64,000 nucleotides of DNA. It comes from Escherichia coli. Its GTDB lineage: Bacteria > Pseudomonadota > Gammaproteobacteria > Enterobacterales > Enterobacteriaceae. Numbering within the stretch: position 1 is the stretch's first letter; each line of letters begins with the position of its first letter. The stretch is from assembly GCF_029227855.1 (NCBI RefSeq), contig NZ_CP074356.1; one strand, 5' to 3'. Shown here in pieces: positions 1 through 11,327 of the stretch. The position numbers were made by a program, and so were the translations under genes. Below the pieces are notes generated by a model. The model was not told the DNA's origin, made no database searches, and saw only the letters and a list, made by a program, of their open reading frames with translations.

Positions 1-129
1 CAGCGGGAACTTTAATAGCCCCTGATGTGCCGCAACGCCTCCCAGCAAAGTCACGGTTTCACCTTCCGCCAGGCTACCGATCACCAGCGCGGCATAACCA
101 TATTGTGAGATGAGTGTATTGAGATCCAT
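1..129 (-). CDS. yohD: DedA-family inner membrane protein, N-terminal part only (gene runs off the window start)
   Basis: Reverse-strand ATG at 127-129 gives MDLNTLISQYGYAALVIGSLAEG..., recognised as YohD N-terminus; divergent from yohC. Confidence 0.7.
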   Translation of the reverse strand, partial: MDLNTLISQYGYAALVIGSLAEGETVTLLGGVAAHQGLLKFPL

Positions 130-298
130 AGGCCAGTCTGTCTCCCTTTAGTTGCCTGTAAGCATACACCCTGTGAATAGTTCACGCTGACAAAGGACAT
201 ACATCAGACGCTGCAAATTACATGAGCGAACAAAAAATAATCACAAGCTGACTTATACTTGAACTGTCAGGTTCATGAACTCACAACAAGGGGGCGGT

Positions 299-886
299 AT
301 GAGCCATGTCTGGGGACTGTTTTCCCATCCCGATCGTGAAATGCAGGTGATTAATCGTGAAAACGAAACGATTTCTCATCACTACACCCACCACGTTTTG
401 CTGATGGCGGCGATTCCGGTGATTTGCGCCTTCATTGGCACTACACAGATTGGCTGGAATTTTGGCGATGGCACTATTCTGAAGTTATCCTGGTTTACCG
501 GACTGGCGCTGGCTGTCTTGTTTTACGGCGTTATGCTGGCTGGGGTCGCGGTGATGGGGCGGGTCATCTGGTGGATGGCGCGCAATTACCCACAGCGTCC
601 GTCACTTGCGCACTGCATGGTCTTCGCGGGCTACGTTGCAACTCCGCTGTTTTTAAGCGGTCTGGTGGCGCTTTATCCGCTGGTCTGGTTGTGTGCGCTG
701 GTCGGCACGGTGGCGCTGTTTTACACCGGCTACCTGCTTTATCTCGGTATTCCGAGCTTCCTGAATATCAACAAAGAGGAAGGCCTTAGCTTCTCCAGTT
801 CGACGCTGGCGATAGGCGTGCTGGTGCTGGAAGTGCTGCTCGCCCTTACCGTTATACTATGGGGTTACGGTTATCGTTTGTTCTAG
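299..886 (+). CDS. yohC: Inner membrane protein YohC (Yip1 family)
   Basis: ORF 275-886; internal start MSHVWGLF gives 195 aa, matching the length I recall for K-12 YohC; multiple hydrophobic segments. Confidence 0.85.
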   Translation: MSHVWGLFSHPDREMQVINRENETISHHYTHHVLLMAAIPVICAFIGTTQIGWNFGDGTILKLSWFTGLALAVLFYGVMLAGVAVMGRVIWWMARNYPQRPSLAHCMVFAGYVATPLFLSGLVALYPLVWLCALVGTVALFYTGYLLYLGIPSFLNINKEEGLSFSSSTLAIGVLVLEVLLALTVILWGYGYRLF

Positions 887-1059
887 AAAGTTCTTTTGTG
901 TTGCATTGCTGGCGTAAATGTCAGCAATGCAGCATTTCCTCACGATTCTCCTTTGACGATCGCACTTTTTGCTCGTTATGATGGCGTCGCTAGCCTCAGT
1001 AAATCCTTACTCCGGCGGTGCGCAACCCGTGCGCGTGAACCACTATCTGAATGCTCATC

Positions 1060-1992
1060 ATGCCGAAATTTCGAGTTTCTTTATTTAGCCTGGCCCTGAT
1101 GCTGGCTGTGCCTTTGGCACCGCAGGCCGTTGCGAAAACGGCAGCCGCTACCACCGCTTCACAGCCGGAAATTGCCTCCGGTAGCGCGATGATTGTTGAT
1201 CTGAATACCAACAAAGTGATCTATTCGAACCACCCGGATCTGGTGCGTCCGATTGCGTCTATCAGCAAATTAATGACCGCGATGGTCGTGCTGGATGCGC
1301 GACTGCCGCTGGATGAAAAACTAAAAGTGGATATCAGCCAGACGCCGGAGATGAAAGGGGTCTATTCGCGCGTACGACTGAACAGCGAAATCAGCCGTAA
1401 AGATATGCTGTTGTTGGCGCTGATGTCTTCAGAAAACCGCGCGGCGGCAAGCCTTGCGCACCATTATCCCGGTGGTTACAAAGCCTTTATTAAGGCGATG
1501 AATGCGAAAGCGAAATCGCTCGGAATGAACAACACGCGCTTTGTTGAACCGACCGGATTGTCGGTGCATAACGTTTCAACCGCCCGTGACTTAACCAAAC
1601 TGCTCATTGCCAGCAAACAATATCCGTTGATCGGGCAGTTAAGTACTACCCGGGAAGATATGGCAACCTTCTCTAACCCGACGTATACGCTGCCATTCCG
1701 CAATACTAACCATCTGGTGTATCGCGATAACTGGAATATTCAGTTAACCAAAACCGGCTTTACCAATGCGGCGGGCCATTGTCTGGTGATGCGTACGGTT
1801 ATCAATAATAAACCGGTGGCGCTGGTAGTGATGGACGCGTTTGGCAAATATACCCATTTTGCCGATGCCAGCCGCCTGCGTACCTGGATTGAAACCGGTA
1901 AAGTGATGCCTGTTCCGGCAGCAGCGTTGAGCTATAAAAAACAAAAAGCCGCCCAGATGGCGGCGGCGGGGCAGACGGCACAGAACGATTAA
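1060..1992 (+). CDS. pbpG: D-alanyl-D-alanine endopeptidase (PBP7)
   Basis: ORF 1051-1992; start [25 protein letters not shown] (signal peptide) gives 310 aa; SxxK motif [12 protein letters not shown]. Confidence 0.9.
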   Translation: MPKFRVSLFSLALMLAVPLAPQAVAKTAAATTASQPEIASGSAMIVDLNTNKVIYSNHPDLVRPIASISKLMTAMVVLDARLPLDEKLKVDISQTPEMKGVYSRVRLNSEISRKDMLLLALMSSENRAAASLAHHYPGGYKAFIKAMNAKAKSLGMNNTRFVEPTGLSVHNVSTARDLTKLLIASKQYPLIGQLSTTREDMATFSNPTYTLPFRNTNHLVYRDNWNIQLTKTGFTNAAGHCLVMRTVINNKPVALVVMDAFGKYTHFADASRLRTWIETGKVMPVPAAALSYKKQKAAQMAAAGQTAQND

Positions 1993-1999
1993 ATGAATG

Positions 2000-2033
2000 A
2001 CGGATGGCGATACTCTGCCATCCGTAATTTTTA
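2000..2033. terminator. Hairpin between convergent pbpG and dld (acggatggc / gccatccgt) followed by AATTTTT
   Basis: 9-bp inverted repeat with 8-nt loop read directly; T-run on + strand. Confidence 0.55.
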
Positions 2034-3746
2034 CTCCACTTCCTGCCAGTTTTTCCGCTTACTGGTTTTACCGATCCCCGGATTCATGCTGTTGGTCGGA
2101 TCGTTCTCGCGATAAAACTTCTGCAACGTCTCCGGTGCTTTATACAAATGACCGACGTTATGCTCGGCAGGGTACTGCGCGCCGCGCTGCTGTAGCAGTT
2201 CCAGCATCTGTTCTTTCAACGCATGCACATCCACGCCTTTTTTAACGATGTAATCCTGATGGAAGACATAGCACATAAAATGGCCGTAATAGAGCTTGTG
2301 CACCAGCTGGCTGTCGATGTCCGGCGGTAAATGCTCATACCACTCGGTGTCGTTACGCCGCAGAGCGATATCCAGTGCCAGAATGTCTTCGACTTCATCG
2401 GAATGCACCGCCTGATAACGAATTGCTGCGCCCGCAGCGGCGAAACGGTGTAAAAACGCTTTGCTACCTTCCTCCGGCGTACAGACAAAGAAATCGCCTT
2501 CGGCCTGTTTGAAATAATCCACCAGCCACGATTTGGCTTCACCGACGCCATCGCCCGCCATTTTTAACAGCAGATGATGCTCGTATTTATCGCGCCAGTT
2601 TTTCATGCGCGGCGGTAAATGGCTGGGGAACAGGTGACCGAATTTTTGCATCGCACGGTCGGTAAAATGCGGACGGAAGAATTTCACTTTCTCCAGCATC
2701 GCATCGGTGCGCCCCTTGAGATTAAAGAAGAACGGCATCTTGTCGGTGCCTAACTTATCAATCATCAGGAAGGTGTCTTTGCCGTATTTTTCCGCAATAT
2801 CGTAGATATCCCGGTGCATATATTCCCCGGCAACCGGCAGATTTTCGAAATTAGCCAGAATATGACGGCGGATTTCGGTCAGCACTTCCGGCTGGTTGGT
2901 ACCGATATAAAACACCTGCTGATTTTTTTCCGCTTCGAAGGTATCAAGACGTACCGCAAAGACGGCCAGCTTCCCGGCGCAACCAGAAGATTCAAATAAC
3001 CGATCCGGATCGGCGTTATAACGTGCGGGCGTGTCGGCTTCAATATCACGAACGCGGTGGACATAGTCATAATCGTGGGCGTGACGACCATCGTGACGCA
3101 CATCGTCATCTTTGATGCGATCGTCATCCAGCTTGCTAAGGATCTGCTCCGGCGTTTCGCCGAGCTCAATCCCCAGATGGTTCACCAGCGTCAGCTTGCC
3201 ATCTTCATTTATACGCGCGAATAACGACATTTCGGTATACGCCGGGCCACGTTGCACCAGTGAACCACCAGAGTTATTACAGATACCGCCGATAACCGAT
3301 GCGCCTATACACGATGATCCAATCACCGAGTGCGGTTCGCGTCCCAGCGGTTTGAGGGCTTTTTCCAGCGAATAGAGCGTGGTGCCCGGATAGGCCAGCA
3401 CCTGTTCGCCCTTGCCAAGAACGTGCAGCTTGTCGAGACGCAGGGTGCTGATGATCACGATATCGCGATCATAGTCGTTACCGTTTGGCGTCGAGCCTTC
3501 GGTCAGACCTGTATTGGCAGCCTGCATCAGAATAATTTTGTCGGCGGTGACGCAGGCTTTCAGCACCCGCCACAATTCCAGTAGTGAGCCAGGGAAAACG
3601 ACAGCCAGTGCGTCGCCCTGACCAGAACGGAAGCCCTTGCGATAGCGGGCCGTTTTTGCGGGATCGGTGAGCAGGTGTGAAGAACCCACCAGTCGGGCAA
3701 GTTCATTCAAAAAGGCTTTATTATCAGTTGTTGTCATGGAAGACAT
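2031..3746 (-). CDS. dld: FAD-dependent D-lactate dehydrogenase
   Basis: ORF 2031-3779; start MSSMTTTDNKAFLNELARL gives 571 aa as in K-12 Dld. Confidence 0.9.
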   Translation of the reverse strand: MSSMTTTDNKAFLNELARLVGSSHLLTDPAKTARYRKGFRSGQGDALAVVFPGSLLELWRVLKACVTADKIILMQAANTGLTEGSTPNGNDYDRDIVIISTLRLDKLHVLGKGEQVLAYPGTTLYSLEKALKPLGREPHSVIGSSCIGASVIGGICNNSGGSLVQRGPAYTEMSLFARINEDGKLTLVNHLGIELGETPEQILSKLDDDRIKDDDVRHDGRHAHDYDYVHRVRDIEADTPARYNADPDRLFESSGCAGKLAVFAVRLDTFEAEKNQQVFYIGTNQPEVLTEIRRHILANFENLPVAGEYMHRDIYDIAEKYGKDTFLMIDKLGTDKMPFFFNLKGRTDAMLEKVKFFRPHFTDRAMQKFGHLFPSHLPPRMKNWRDKYEHHLLLKMAGDGVGEAKSWLVDYFKQAEGDFFVCTPEEGSKAFLHRFAAAGAAIRYQAVHSDEVEDILALDIALRRNDTEWYEHLPPDIDSQLVHKLYYGHFMCYVFHQDYIVKKGVDVHALKEQMLELLQQRGAQYPAEHNVGHLYKAPETLQKFYRENDPTNSMNPGIGKTSKRKNWQEVE

Positions 3747-3941
3747 TTTCCACTCCTTGTGGTGGCGAAAAAATATCACAAACTAGAATAGCGCCTTGTA
3801 TGACAATTCAGCGAGTGAATATTTTGAAAATTCAGACAATAAACTGAGCATTCTTTTTCTCTCTCCATCATGCTTATGGCAAACTACGGTTTTTGCACCA
3901 TTTTCGCTGCCTCGTCGGGCAACAGAGGAAGAAAAATCCAT

Positions 3942-6239
3942 ATGAAATGGCTATGTTCAGTAGGAATCGCGGTGAGTCTGGCCCTGCAGCCAGCACTGGC
4001 GGATGATTTATTCGGCAACCATCCATTAACGCCCGAAGCGCGGGATGCGTTCGTCACCGAACTGCTTAAGAAAATGACAGTTGATGAGAAAATTGGTCAG
4101 CTGCGCTTAATCAGCGTCGGCCCGGATAATCCGAAAGAGGCGATCCGCGAGATGATCAAAGACGGGCAGGTTGGGGCGATTTTCAACACCGTAACCCGTC
4201 AGGATATCCGCGCCATGCAGGATCAGGTGATGGAATTAAGCCGCCTGAAAATTCCTCTTTTCTTTGCTTACGACGTGCTGCACGGTCAGCGCACGGTGTT
4301 CCCGATTAGCCTCGGTCTGGCCTCGTCTTTTAACCTCAATGCGGTGAAAACAGTCGGGCGTGTCTCTGCTTATGAAGCGGCAGATGATGGCCTGAATATG
4401 ACCTGGGCACCGATGGTCGATGTCTCGCGCGATCCGCGCTGGGGACGTGCTTCCGAAGGTTTTGGCGAAGATACGTATCTCACCTCAATAATGGGTAAAA
4501 CCATGGTGGAAGCGATGCAGGGTAAAAGCCCGGCAGATCGCTACTCGGTGATGACCAGCGTCAAACACTTTGCCGCTTACGGCGCGGTAGAAGGCGGTAA
4601 AGAGTACAACACCGTCGATATGAGTCCGCAGCGCCTGTTTAATGATTATATGCCGCCGTACAAAGCGGGGCTGGACGCAGGCAGCGGCGCGGTGATGGTG
4701 GCGCTGAACTCGCTGAACGGCACGCCAGCCACCTCCGATTCATGGCTGCTGAAAGATGTTCTGCGCGACCAGTGGGGCTTTAAAGGCATCACCGTTTCCG
4801 ATCACGGCGCAATCAAAGAGCTGATTAAACATGGCACGGCGGCAGACCCGGAAGATGCGGTGCGCGTGGCGCTGAAATCCGGCATCAACATGAGTATGAG
4901 CGACGAGTACTACTCGAAGTATCTGCCTGGGTTGATCAAGTCTGGCAAAGTGACCATGGCAGAGCTGGATGACGCTGCCCGTCATGTACTGAACGTTAAA
5001 TATGATATGGGGTTGTTTAACGACCCGTACAGCCATCTCGGTCCGAAAGAGTCTGACCCGGTGGATACCAATGCCGAAAGCCGCCTGCACCGCAAAGAAG
5101 CGCGTGAAGTGGCACGCGAAAGCCTGGTGTTGCTGAAAAACCGTCTCGAAACGTTACCGCTGAAAAAATCAGCCACCATTGCGGTGGTTGGGCCACTGGC
5201 GGACAGCAAACGTGACGTGATGGGAAGCTGGTCCGCAGCCGGTGTTGCCGATCAATCCGTGACCGTACTGACCGGGATTAAAAATGCCGTCGGTGAAAAC
5301 GGTAAAGTGCTGTACGCCAAAGGGGCGAACGTCACCAGTGACAAAGGCATTATCGATTTCCTGAATCAGTATGAAGAGGCGGTCAAAGTCGATCCGCGTT
5401 CGCCGCAAGAGATGATTGATGAAGCGGTGCAAACCGCGAAACAATCTGATGTGGTGGTGGCTGTGGTCGGTGAAGCTCAGGGGATGGCGCACGAGGCTTC
5501 CAGCCGTACCGATATTACTATTCCGCAAAGCCAACGTGACTTGATTGCGGCGCTGAAAGCCACCGGTAAACCGCTGGTGCTGGTGCTGATGAACGGGCGT
5601 CCGCTGGCGCTGGTGAAAGAAGATCAGCAGGCTGATGCGATTCTGGAAACCTGGTTTGCGGGGACTGAAGGCGGTAATGCAATTGCCGATGTGTTGTTTG
5701 GTGATTACAACCCGTCCGGCAAGCTACCGATGTCCTTCCCGCGTTCTGTCGGGCAGATCCCTGTGTACTACAGCCATCTGAATACCGGGCGTCCGTATAA
5801 TGCCGACAAGCCGAACAAATACACGTCGCGTTATTTTGATGAAGCTAACGGGGCGCTTTATCCGTTCGGCTATGGTCTGAGCTATACCACTTTCACCGTC
5901 TCTGATGTGAAACTTTCTGCGCCGACCATGAAGCGTGACGGCAAAGTGACCGCCAGCGTGCAGGTGACGAACACCGGTAAGCGCGAAGGGGCGACGGTAG
6001 TGCAGATGTACTTGCAGGATGTGACGGCTTCCATGAGTCGTCCGGTGAAGCAGCTGAAAGGCTTTGAGAAAATCACCCTGAAACCGGGCGAAACTCAGAC
6101 CGTCAGCTTCCCGATTGATATTGAGGCGCTGAAGTTCTGGAATCAACAGATGAAATATGACGCCGAGCCTGGCAAGTTCAATGTCTTTATCGGCACTGAT
6201 TCCGCACGCGTTAAGAAAGGCGAGTTTGAGTTGCTGTAA
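3942..6239 (+). CDS. bglX: Periplasmic beta-glucosidase (glycoside hydrolase family 3)
   Basis: ORF 3870-6239; start MKWLCSVGIAVSLALQPALA (signal peptide) gives 765 aa as in K-12 BglX. Confidence 0.9.
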   Translation: MKWLCSVGIAVSLALQPALADDLFGNHPLTPEARDAFVTELLKKMTVDEKIGQLRLISVGPDNPKEAIREMIKDGQVGAIFNTVTRQDIRAMQDQVMELSRLKIPLFFAYDVLHGQRTVFPISLGLASSFNLNAVKTVGRVSAYEAADDGLNMTWAPMVDVSRDPRWGRASEGFGEDTYLTSIMGKTMVEAMQGKSPADRYSVMTSVKHFAAYGAVEGGKEYNTVDMSPQRLFNDYMPPYKAGLDAGSGAVMVALNSLNGTPATSDSWLLKDVLRDQWGFKGITVSDHGAIKELIKHGTAADPEDAVRVALKSGINMSMSDEYYSKYLPGLIKSGKVTMAELDDAARHVLNVKYDMGLFNDPYSHLGPKESDPVDTNAESRLHRKEAREVARESLVLLKNRLETLPLKKSATIAVVGPLADSKRDVMGSWSAAGVADQSVTVLTGIKNAVGENGKVLYAKGANVTSDKGIIDFLNQYEEAVKVDPRSPQEMIDEAVQTAKQSDVVVAVVGEAQGMAHEASSRTDITIPQSQRDLIAALKATGKPLVLVLMNGRPLALVKEDQQADAILETWFAGTEGGNAIADVLFGDYNPSGKLPMSFPRSVGQIPVYYSHLNTGRPYNADKPNKYTSRYFDEANGALYPFGYGLSYTTFTVSDVKLSAPTMKRDGKVTASVQVTNTGKREGATVVQMYLQDVTASMSRPVKQLKGFEKITLKPGETQTVSFPIDIEALKFWNQQMKYDAEPGKFNVFIGTDSARVKKGEFELL

Positions 6240-6250
6240 TGCTTTAGTAA

Positions 6251-6275
6251 GGGCGCGACGTTTGCGCCCTTTGCC
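6251..6275 (+). terminator. bglX intrinsic terminator (gggcgc-gacgttt-gcgccc then TTTGCC)
   Basis: GC-rich 6-bp stem read directly, 12 nt after the bglX stop. Confidence 0.6.
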
Positions 6276-6313
6276 TGATGTTCATATCTTAACTTGCTGA
6301 ATTTTCGCCCTTT

Positions 6314-6347
6314 GTAGGCCGGATAAGGCGCTCGCGCCGCATCCGGC
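6314..6347. repeat. REP (repetitive extragenic palindromic) element
   Basis: gtaggccggataaggcgctcgcgccgcatccggc matches the canonical E. coli REP consensus. Confidence 0.7.
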
Positions 6348-6490
6348 AGGAAACGCCGGACCGAATATGCCTCTTAAGTATTTATCTGATTCTGCAACTG
6401 AATCCTTCCGCTCAGGCTAACCCCGCCATTATCAACTATGCTTTTCTCTTAATTCGCTGAAAACAACAGTAAAAGAATGAGGAAAGCATC

Positions 6491-7408
6491 ATGCCACTCT
6501 CAAAGGTCTGGGCAGGTTCACTGGTTCTGATGGCAGCCGTGAGCCTGCCGCTACAGGCGGCTTCCCCCGTTAAGGTCGGTTCAAAAATCGATACCGAAGG
6601 CGCGCTGCTCGGCAATATCATTTTGCAGGTGCTGGAAAGTCACGGTGTTCCTACGGTAAATAAAGTGCAACTGGGAACGACTCCCGTGGTGCGCGGGGCG
6701 ATTACTTCCGGTGAACTGGATATCTATCCGGAATATACCGGCAATGGCGCGTTTTTCTTTAAAGATGAAAACGATGCGGCATGGAAAAATGCCGGGCAGG
6801 GCTACGAGAAAGTCAAAAAGCTCGATGCAGAGCAAAACAAGTTAATCTGGCTGACGCCCGCACCTGCGAATAACACCTGGACCATCGCCGTGCGTCAGGA
6901 TGTGGCAGAGAAAAACAAACTCACTTCGCTTGCTGACCTGAGTCGTTATCTGAAAGAGGGCGGCACCTTCAAACTGGCTGCCTCAGCAGAGTTTATCGAA
7001 CGCGCCGATGCGTTACCCGCGTTTGAAAAAGCCTATGGCTTTAAGCTCGGTCAGGATCAGTTGCTGTCACTGGCTGGTGGCGACACGGCGGTGACGATCA
7101 AAGCCGCTGCCCAGCAAACCTCTGGCGTTAATGCGGCGATGGCTTACGGCACTGACGGCCCGGTCGCGGCGCTGGGGCTGCAAACCTTAAGCGATCCGCA
7201 AGGCGTGCAACCTATCTACGCGCCTGCACCAGTGGTGCGTGAGTCGGTGTTGAAAGAGTATCCACAAATGGCACAGTGGTTACAGCCAGTCTTCGCCAGC
7301 CTCGATGAAAAAACATTGCAGCAACTGAATGCCAGCATTGCTGTGGAAGGACTGGATGCCAAAAAAGTGGCTGCCGACTACCTGAAACAAAAAGGGTGGA
7401 CGAAGTAA
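6491..7408 (+). CDS. osmF: Osmoprotectant ABC transporter periplasmic binding protein
   Basis: 305 aa with signal peptide; first gene of the osmF-yehYXW operon. Confidence 0.85.
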   Translation: MPLSKVWAGSLVLMAAVSLPLQAASPVKVGSKIDTEGALLGNIILQVLESHGVPTVNKVQLGTTPVVRGAITSGELDIYPEYTGNGAFFFKDENDAAWKNAGQGYEKVKKLDAEQNKLIWLTPAPANNTWTIAVRQDVAEKNKLTSLADLSRYLKEGGTFKLAASAEFIERADALPAFEKAYGFKLGQDQLLSLAGGDTAVTIKAAAQQTSGVNAAMAYGTDGPVAALGLQTLSDPQGVQPIYAPAPVVRESVLKEYPQMAQWLQPVFASLDEKTLQQLNASIAVEGLDAKKVAADYLKQKGWTK

Positions 7409-7414
7409 TTTCCC

Positions 7415-8572
7415 GTGACTTATCTACGTATTAATCCTGTTCTGGCGCTGCTGCTGTTGCTGACGGCAATCGCAGCGGCGCTGCCGTTTATCAGTTACGC
7501 GCCTAATCGTTTAGTTTCGGGTGAGGGGCGTCATCTCTGGCAGCTGTGGCCGCAAACGATCTGGATGCTGGTGGGCGTTGGTTGCGCCTGGATGACAGCC
7601 TGTTTTATTCCCGCTAAAAAAGGCAGCATTTTTGCACTCATTCTGGCGCAATTCGTCTTCGTATTGCTGGTGTGGGGAGCAGGAAAGGCGGCGACACAAC
7701 TGGCACAAAATGGCAGTGCGCTGGCGCGTACCAGCCTCGGCAGTGGTTTCTGGCTGGCTGCGGCGCTGGCATTGCTGGCCTGTAGCGATGCCATCCGCCG
7801 AATCTCCACGCATCCGCTGTGGCGCTGGTTGTTGCATATGCAGATTGCCATCATTCCGCTGTGGTTACTGTACTCCGGCACGCTTAACGATCTCTCGCTA
7901 ATGAAAGAATACGCCAACCGTCAGGATGTGTTTGACGACGCGCTGGCACAACATCTGACGTTGCTGTTTGGTGCGGTGCTGCCTGCGTTAGTGATTGGTG
8001 TGCCGTTGGGCATCTGGTGCTACTTTTCCACCGCGCGGCAGGGGGCGATTTTTTCGCTACTCAATGTCATTCAGACCGTGCCTTCGGTGGCGCTCTTTGG
8101 CCTGTTGATTGCGCCGCTTGCCGCGCTGGTTACGGCCTTTCCGTGGCTGGGTAAGCTCGGCATAGCAGGAACCGGAATGACACCCGCACTGATTGCGCTG
8201 GTGCTCTATGCCTTGCTGCCGCTGGTGCGCGGCGTGGTAGTCGGCTTGAACCAGATCCCGCGCGATGTGCTGGAGAGCGCCAGAGCGATGGGCATGAGCG
8301 GGGCGCAGCGATTCCTGCATGTTCAGTTACCGCTGGCGTTACCGGTATTTCTGCGTAGCCTGCGGGTGGTGATGGTGCAAACCGTCGGCATGGCGGTGAT
8401 TGCGGCGTTAATCGGCGCAGGCGGTTTTGGTGCGCTGGTTTTCCAGGGGCTGCTAAGCAGTGCCATTGATTTAGTGTTGCTGGGGGTGATCCCGGTAATT
8501 GTTCTGGCGGTGCTGATCGATGCGCTGTTCGATTTGCTTATCGCACTGCTGAAGGTGAAACGTAATGATTGA
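7415..8572 (+). CDS. yehY: Osmoprotectant ABC transporter permease
   Basis: 385 aa polytopic membrane protein; 7 bp after osmF. Confidence 0.85.
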   Translation: MTYLRINPVLALLLLLTAIAAALPFISYAPNRLVSGEGRHLWQLWPQTIWMLVGVGCAWMTACFIPAKKGSIFALILAQFVFVLLVWGAGKAATQLAQNGSALARTSLGSGFWLAAALALLACSDAIRRISTHPLWRWLLHMQIAIIPLWLLYSGTLNDLSLMKEYANRQDVFDDALAQHLTLLFGAVLPALVIGVPLGIWCYFSTARQGAIFSLLNVIQTVPSVALFGLLIAPLAALVTAFPWLGKLGIAGTGMTPALIALVLYALLPLVRGVVVGLNQIPRDVLESARAMGMSGAQRFLHVQLPLALPVFLRSLRVVMVQTVGMAVIAALIGAGGFGALVFQGLLSSAIDLVLLGVIPVIVLAVLIDALFDLLIALLKVKRND

Positions 8573-9491
8573 ATTTAGCCATGTCAGCAAACTGTTCGGC
8601 GCACAAAAAGCCGTTAACGATCTCAATCTCAATTTTCAGGAAGGGAGTTTTTCGGTGCTGATTGGTACATCAGGCTCCGGCAAATCCACCACCCTGAAAA
8701 TGATCAACCGCCTGGTGGAGCATGACAGCGGCGTGATCCGCTTTGCCGGAGAAGAAATTCGCTCGCTGCCAGTACTGGAGTTGCGCCGCCGGATGGGCTA
8801 CGCCATTCAATCTATTGGCCTGTTCCCCCACTGGAGCGTGGCGCAAAACATCGCTACCGTGCCGCAATTACAAAAATGGTCGCGGGCGCGGATTGACGAT
8901 CGTATCGACGAATTAATGGCGCTACTGGGGCTGGAGCCAAATTTGCGTGAGCGTTATCCGCATCAGCTTTCTGGCGGTCAGCAGCAACGTGTGGGAGTGG
9001 CGCGCGCACTGGCTGCCGATCCGCAAGTCTTACTGATGGATGAACCTTTTGGCGCACTGGACCCGGTAACGCGCGGCGCGTTGCAACAAGAGATGACGCG
9101 CATTCACCGTTTGCTGGGGCGCACTATTGTGCTGGTCACTCATGATATTGATGAGGCGCTACGGCTGGCAGAACATCTGGTATTGATGGATCACGGTGAA
9201 GTGGTGCAGCAGGGCAATCCGCTGACGATGCTGACTCGTCCGGCGAATGATTTTGTCCGCCAGTTTTTTGGGCATAGTGAACTGGGTGTCCGCCTGCTTT
9301 CGTTACGTAGCGTGGCGGATTACGTGCGTCGCGAAGAACGGGCAGAAGGTGAGGCGCTGGCAGAAGAGATGACGCTACGCGATGCGCTCTCCCTGTTTGT
9401 CGCGCGGAGATGTGAAGTGCTGCCGGTGGTGAACACGCAGGGCGAGCCTTGCGGCACGCTGCATTTTCAGGATCTGCTGGTGGAGGCGTAA
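8565..9491 (+). CDS. yehX: Osmoprotectant ABC transporter ATP-binding protein
   Basis: 308 aa; Walker [13 protein letters not shown] signature LSGGQQQRV; overlaps yehY stop. Confidence 0.9.
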   Translation: MIEFSHVSKLFGAQKAVNDLNLNFQEGSFSVLIGTSGSGKSTTLKMINRLVEHDSGVIRFAGEEIRSLPVLELRRRMGYAIQSIGLFPHWSVAQNIATVPQLQKWSRARIDDRIDELMALLGLEPNLRERYPHQLSGGQQQRVGVARALAADPQVLLMDEPFGALDPVTRGALQQEMTRIHRLLGRTIVLVTHDIDEALRLAEHLVLMDHGEVVQQGNPLTMLTRPANDFVRQFFGHSELGVRLLSLRSVADYVRREERAEGEALAEEMTLRDALSLFVARRCEVLPVVNTQGEPCGTLHFQDLLVEA

Positions 9492-9495
9492 GCGT

Positions 9496-10227
9496 ATGAA
9501 GATGTTGCGCGATCCGCTGTTCTGGCTCATTGCTCTGTTTGTGGCGCTGATTTTCTGGCTGCCTTACAGCCAGCCGCTGTTTGCCGCCTTGTTCCCACAA
9601 CTGCCACGACCCGTTTATCAGCAAGAAAGTTTTGCAGTTCTGGCACTGGCTCATTTCTGGCTGGTGGGAATTTCGAGTTTGTTTGCGGTGATCATTGGTA
9701 CTGGTGCCGGAATTGCTGTCACTCGCCCTTGGGGCGCGGAATTTCGCCCACTGGTGGAAACTATTGCCGCCGTTGGACAGACTTTTCCGCCCGTCGCGGT
9801 GCTGGCGATTGCCGTTCCGGTGATCGGCTTTGGTCTGCAACCCGCGATTATCGCCTTGATCCTTTACGGCGTGCTGCCCGTCCTGCAGGCAACACTTGCC
9901 GGGCTGGGAGCGATTGATGCCAGCGTGACAGAAGTTGCGAAAGGTATGGGAATGAGCCGTGGTCAGCGACTGCGTAAGGTCGAGCTACCGCTGGCGGCTC
10001 CGGTGATTCTGGCGGGCGTGCGAACTTCGGTGATTATCAACATTGGTACGGCGACGATCGCCTCAACGGTAGGGGCCAGCACGCTGGGTACGCCGATCAT
10101 CATCGGGCTTAGCGGATTTAATACCGCGTATGTGATCCAGGGGGCGTTACTGGTGGCACTGGCGGCGATCATTGCAGACCGCCTGTTTGAAAGGCTGGTG
10201 CAGGCGCTTAGCCAGCACGCAAAATAA
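9496..10227 (+). CDS. yehW: Osmoprotectant ABC transporter permease
   Basis: 243 aa hydrophobic protein; last gene of the operon. Confidence 0.85.
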
Positions 10228-10315
10228 AGGTATAACCTGCGAGCATGACGCCACCAATTCCGCCTAACGCCATAAACAGGAACAGGGCGATGACCCCAAT
10301 TTTAGCTATGCGCAT
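10208..10315 (-). CDS. yohO: Small membrane protein YohO (35 aa)
   Basis: Reverse-strand [38 protein letters not shown], below the 60-aa ORF-track cutoff; recognised as YohO; 3' end overlaps yehW convergently. Confidence 0.7.
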
Positions 10316-10374
10316 AATGCACTCCTTATGTTAACGAAAGGATTGTACAGTAAAGCGCATTTGTTAACGAATCA

Positions 10375-11106
10375 TTAAATGCCGAGTGGGAAAATATCAT
10401 GGCCTTGTTCCTGCCAACTGGTAAGTTGCTGCTGTTGGGCAGAGGTTCGATTTTCACCGCACCACACCAGCAATGTACGGCCTTCGAACAGTTCAGGGCG
10501 TAGTTGATTGAGCGAGTGGGCGAGGACATCAATGCGCCATCCTTGTTGACTGGCAATCCAGCCCTCCAGCCACAGACGGGTGGTATCGTGAATATTCCAG
10601 CCAACCACCAGCGCATCTTTACCCTGTTTTTTACGTGCCGAAGCCAGACAAATGGCGATGTAGTTGATCAGTACGCCGTCGAGGATCGCCAGCAGCGCCT
10701 GGAGAGTCGGTTGTTGGCACTGAAGTCGTCGGCGCAGAGGAATAAACAGATGCGTGGTGAGTGTCTGGGCGGGGTAATCCTGACCGCGCTCTTTGATCCA
10801 CGTTCGCAGGCTATGCAGATTGCCGCTTTGCAGGTAAGTCAGTAATGTTTCTTGCTGATCGCGCCAGCCGTTCTGCACATCAACATTTTCATTACTGAGC
10901 AGCATTTTAACTTTGCTGACCTGCACGCCGTTGTCGATCCAGCGTTTGATCTCGCGGATCCGGTCAATATCGGCATCGTTGAACAGCCGATGGCCGCCGT
11001 CTGTCCGTTGCGGTTTCAGCAATCCGTAACGCCTCTGACACGCGCGTAACGTGACAGGGTTAATATCACAAAGCAACGCCACTTCACCAATTGTGTAAAG
11101 CGCCAT
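10375..11106 (-). CDS. mlrA: MerR-family transcriptional regulator MlrA (csgD activator)
   Basis: 243 aa; N-terminal MerR HTH (YTIGEVALLCDINPVTLRACQRRYGLLKP). Confidence 0.9.
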   Translation of the reverse strand: MALYTIGEVALLCDINPVTLRACQRRYGLLKPQRTDGGHRLFNDADIDRIREIKRWIDNGVQVSKVKMLLSNENVDVQNGWRDQQETLLTYLQSGNLHSLRTWIKERGQDYPAQTLTTHLFIPLRRRLQCQQPTLQALLAILDGVLINYIAICLASARKKQGKDALVVGWNIHDTTRLWLEGWIASQQGWRIDVLAHSLNQLRPELFEGRTLLVWCGENRTSAQQQQLTSWQEQGHDIFPLGI

Positions 11107-11327
11107 CGTCTCACCCTTGCTCGCGAGGTCCCGGTTTAACTTTAGACGCAGTTTTGCGAACCAGGTAGTTTTGCCCGTTTTTTGTGCATCTATAGGGTGA
11201 TTTTATTTTTGCCAGGCGATTTTGAGTGATCGTACTCACGAATTCTCATTTTTCTGCAAGAGTTCAAAGAAAGTTAAACGCAGGCAATGTATGTTACGCG
11301 TTTTAAAGGGAAGTGTGGTTTGCGGGT

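Noticed and set aside
424-789. 121-aa + strand ORF
   Set aside because: Alternative frame inside yohC; Arg/Gly-rich translation typical of an out-of-frame read
9136-9840. 234-aa - strand ORF
   Set aside because: Antisense across the yehX/yehW junction, with no independent support
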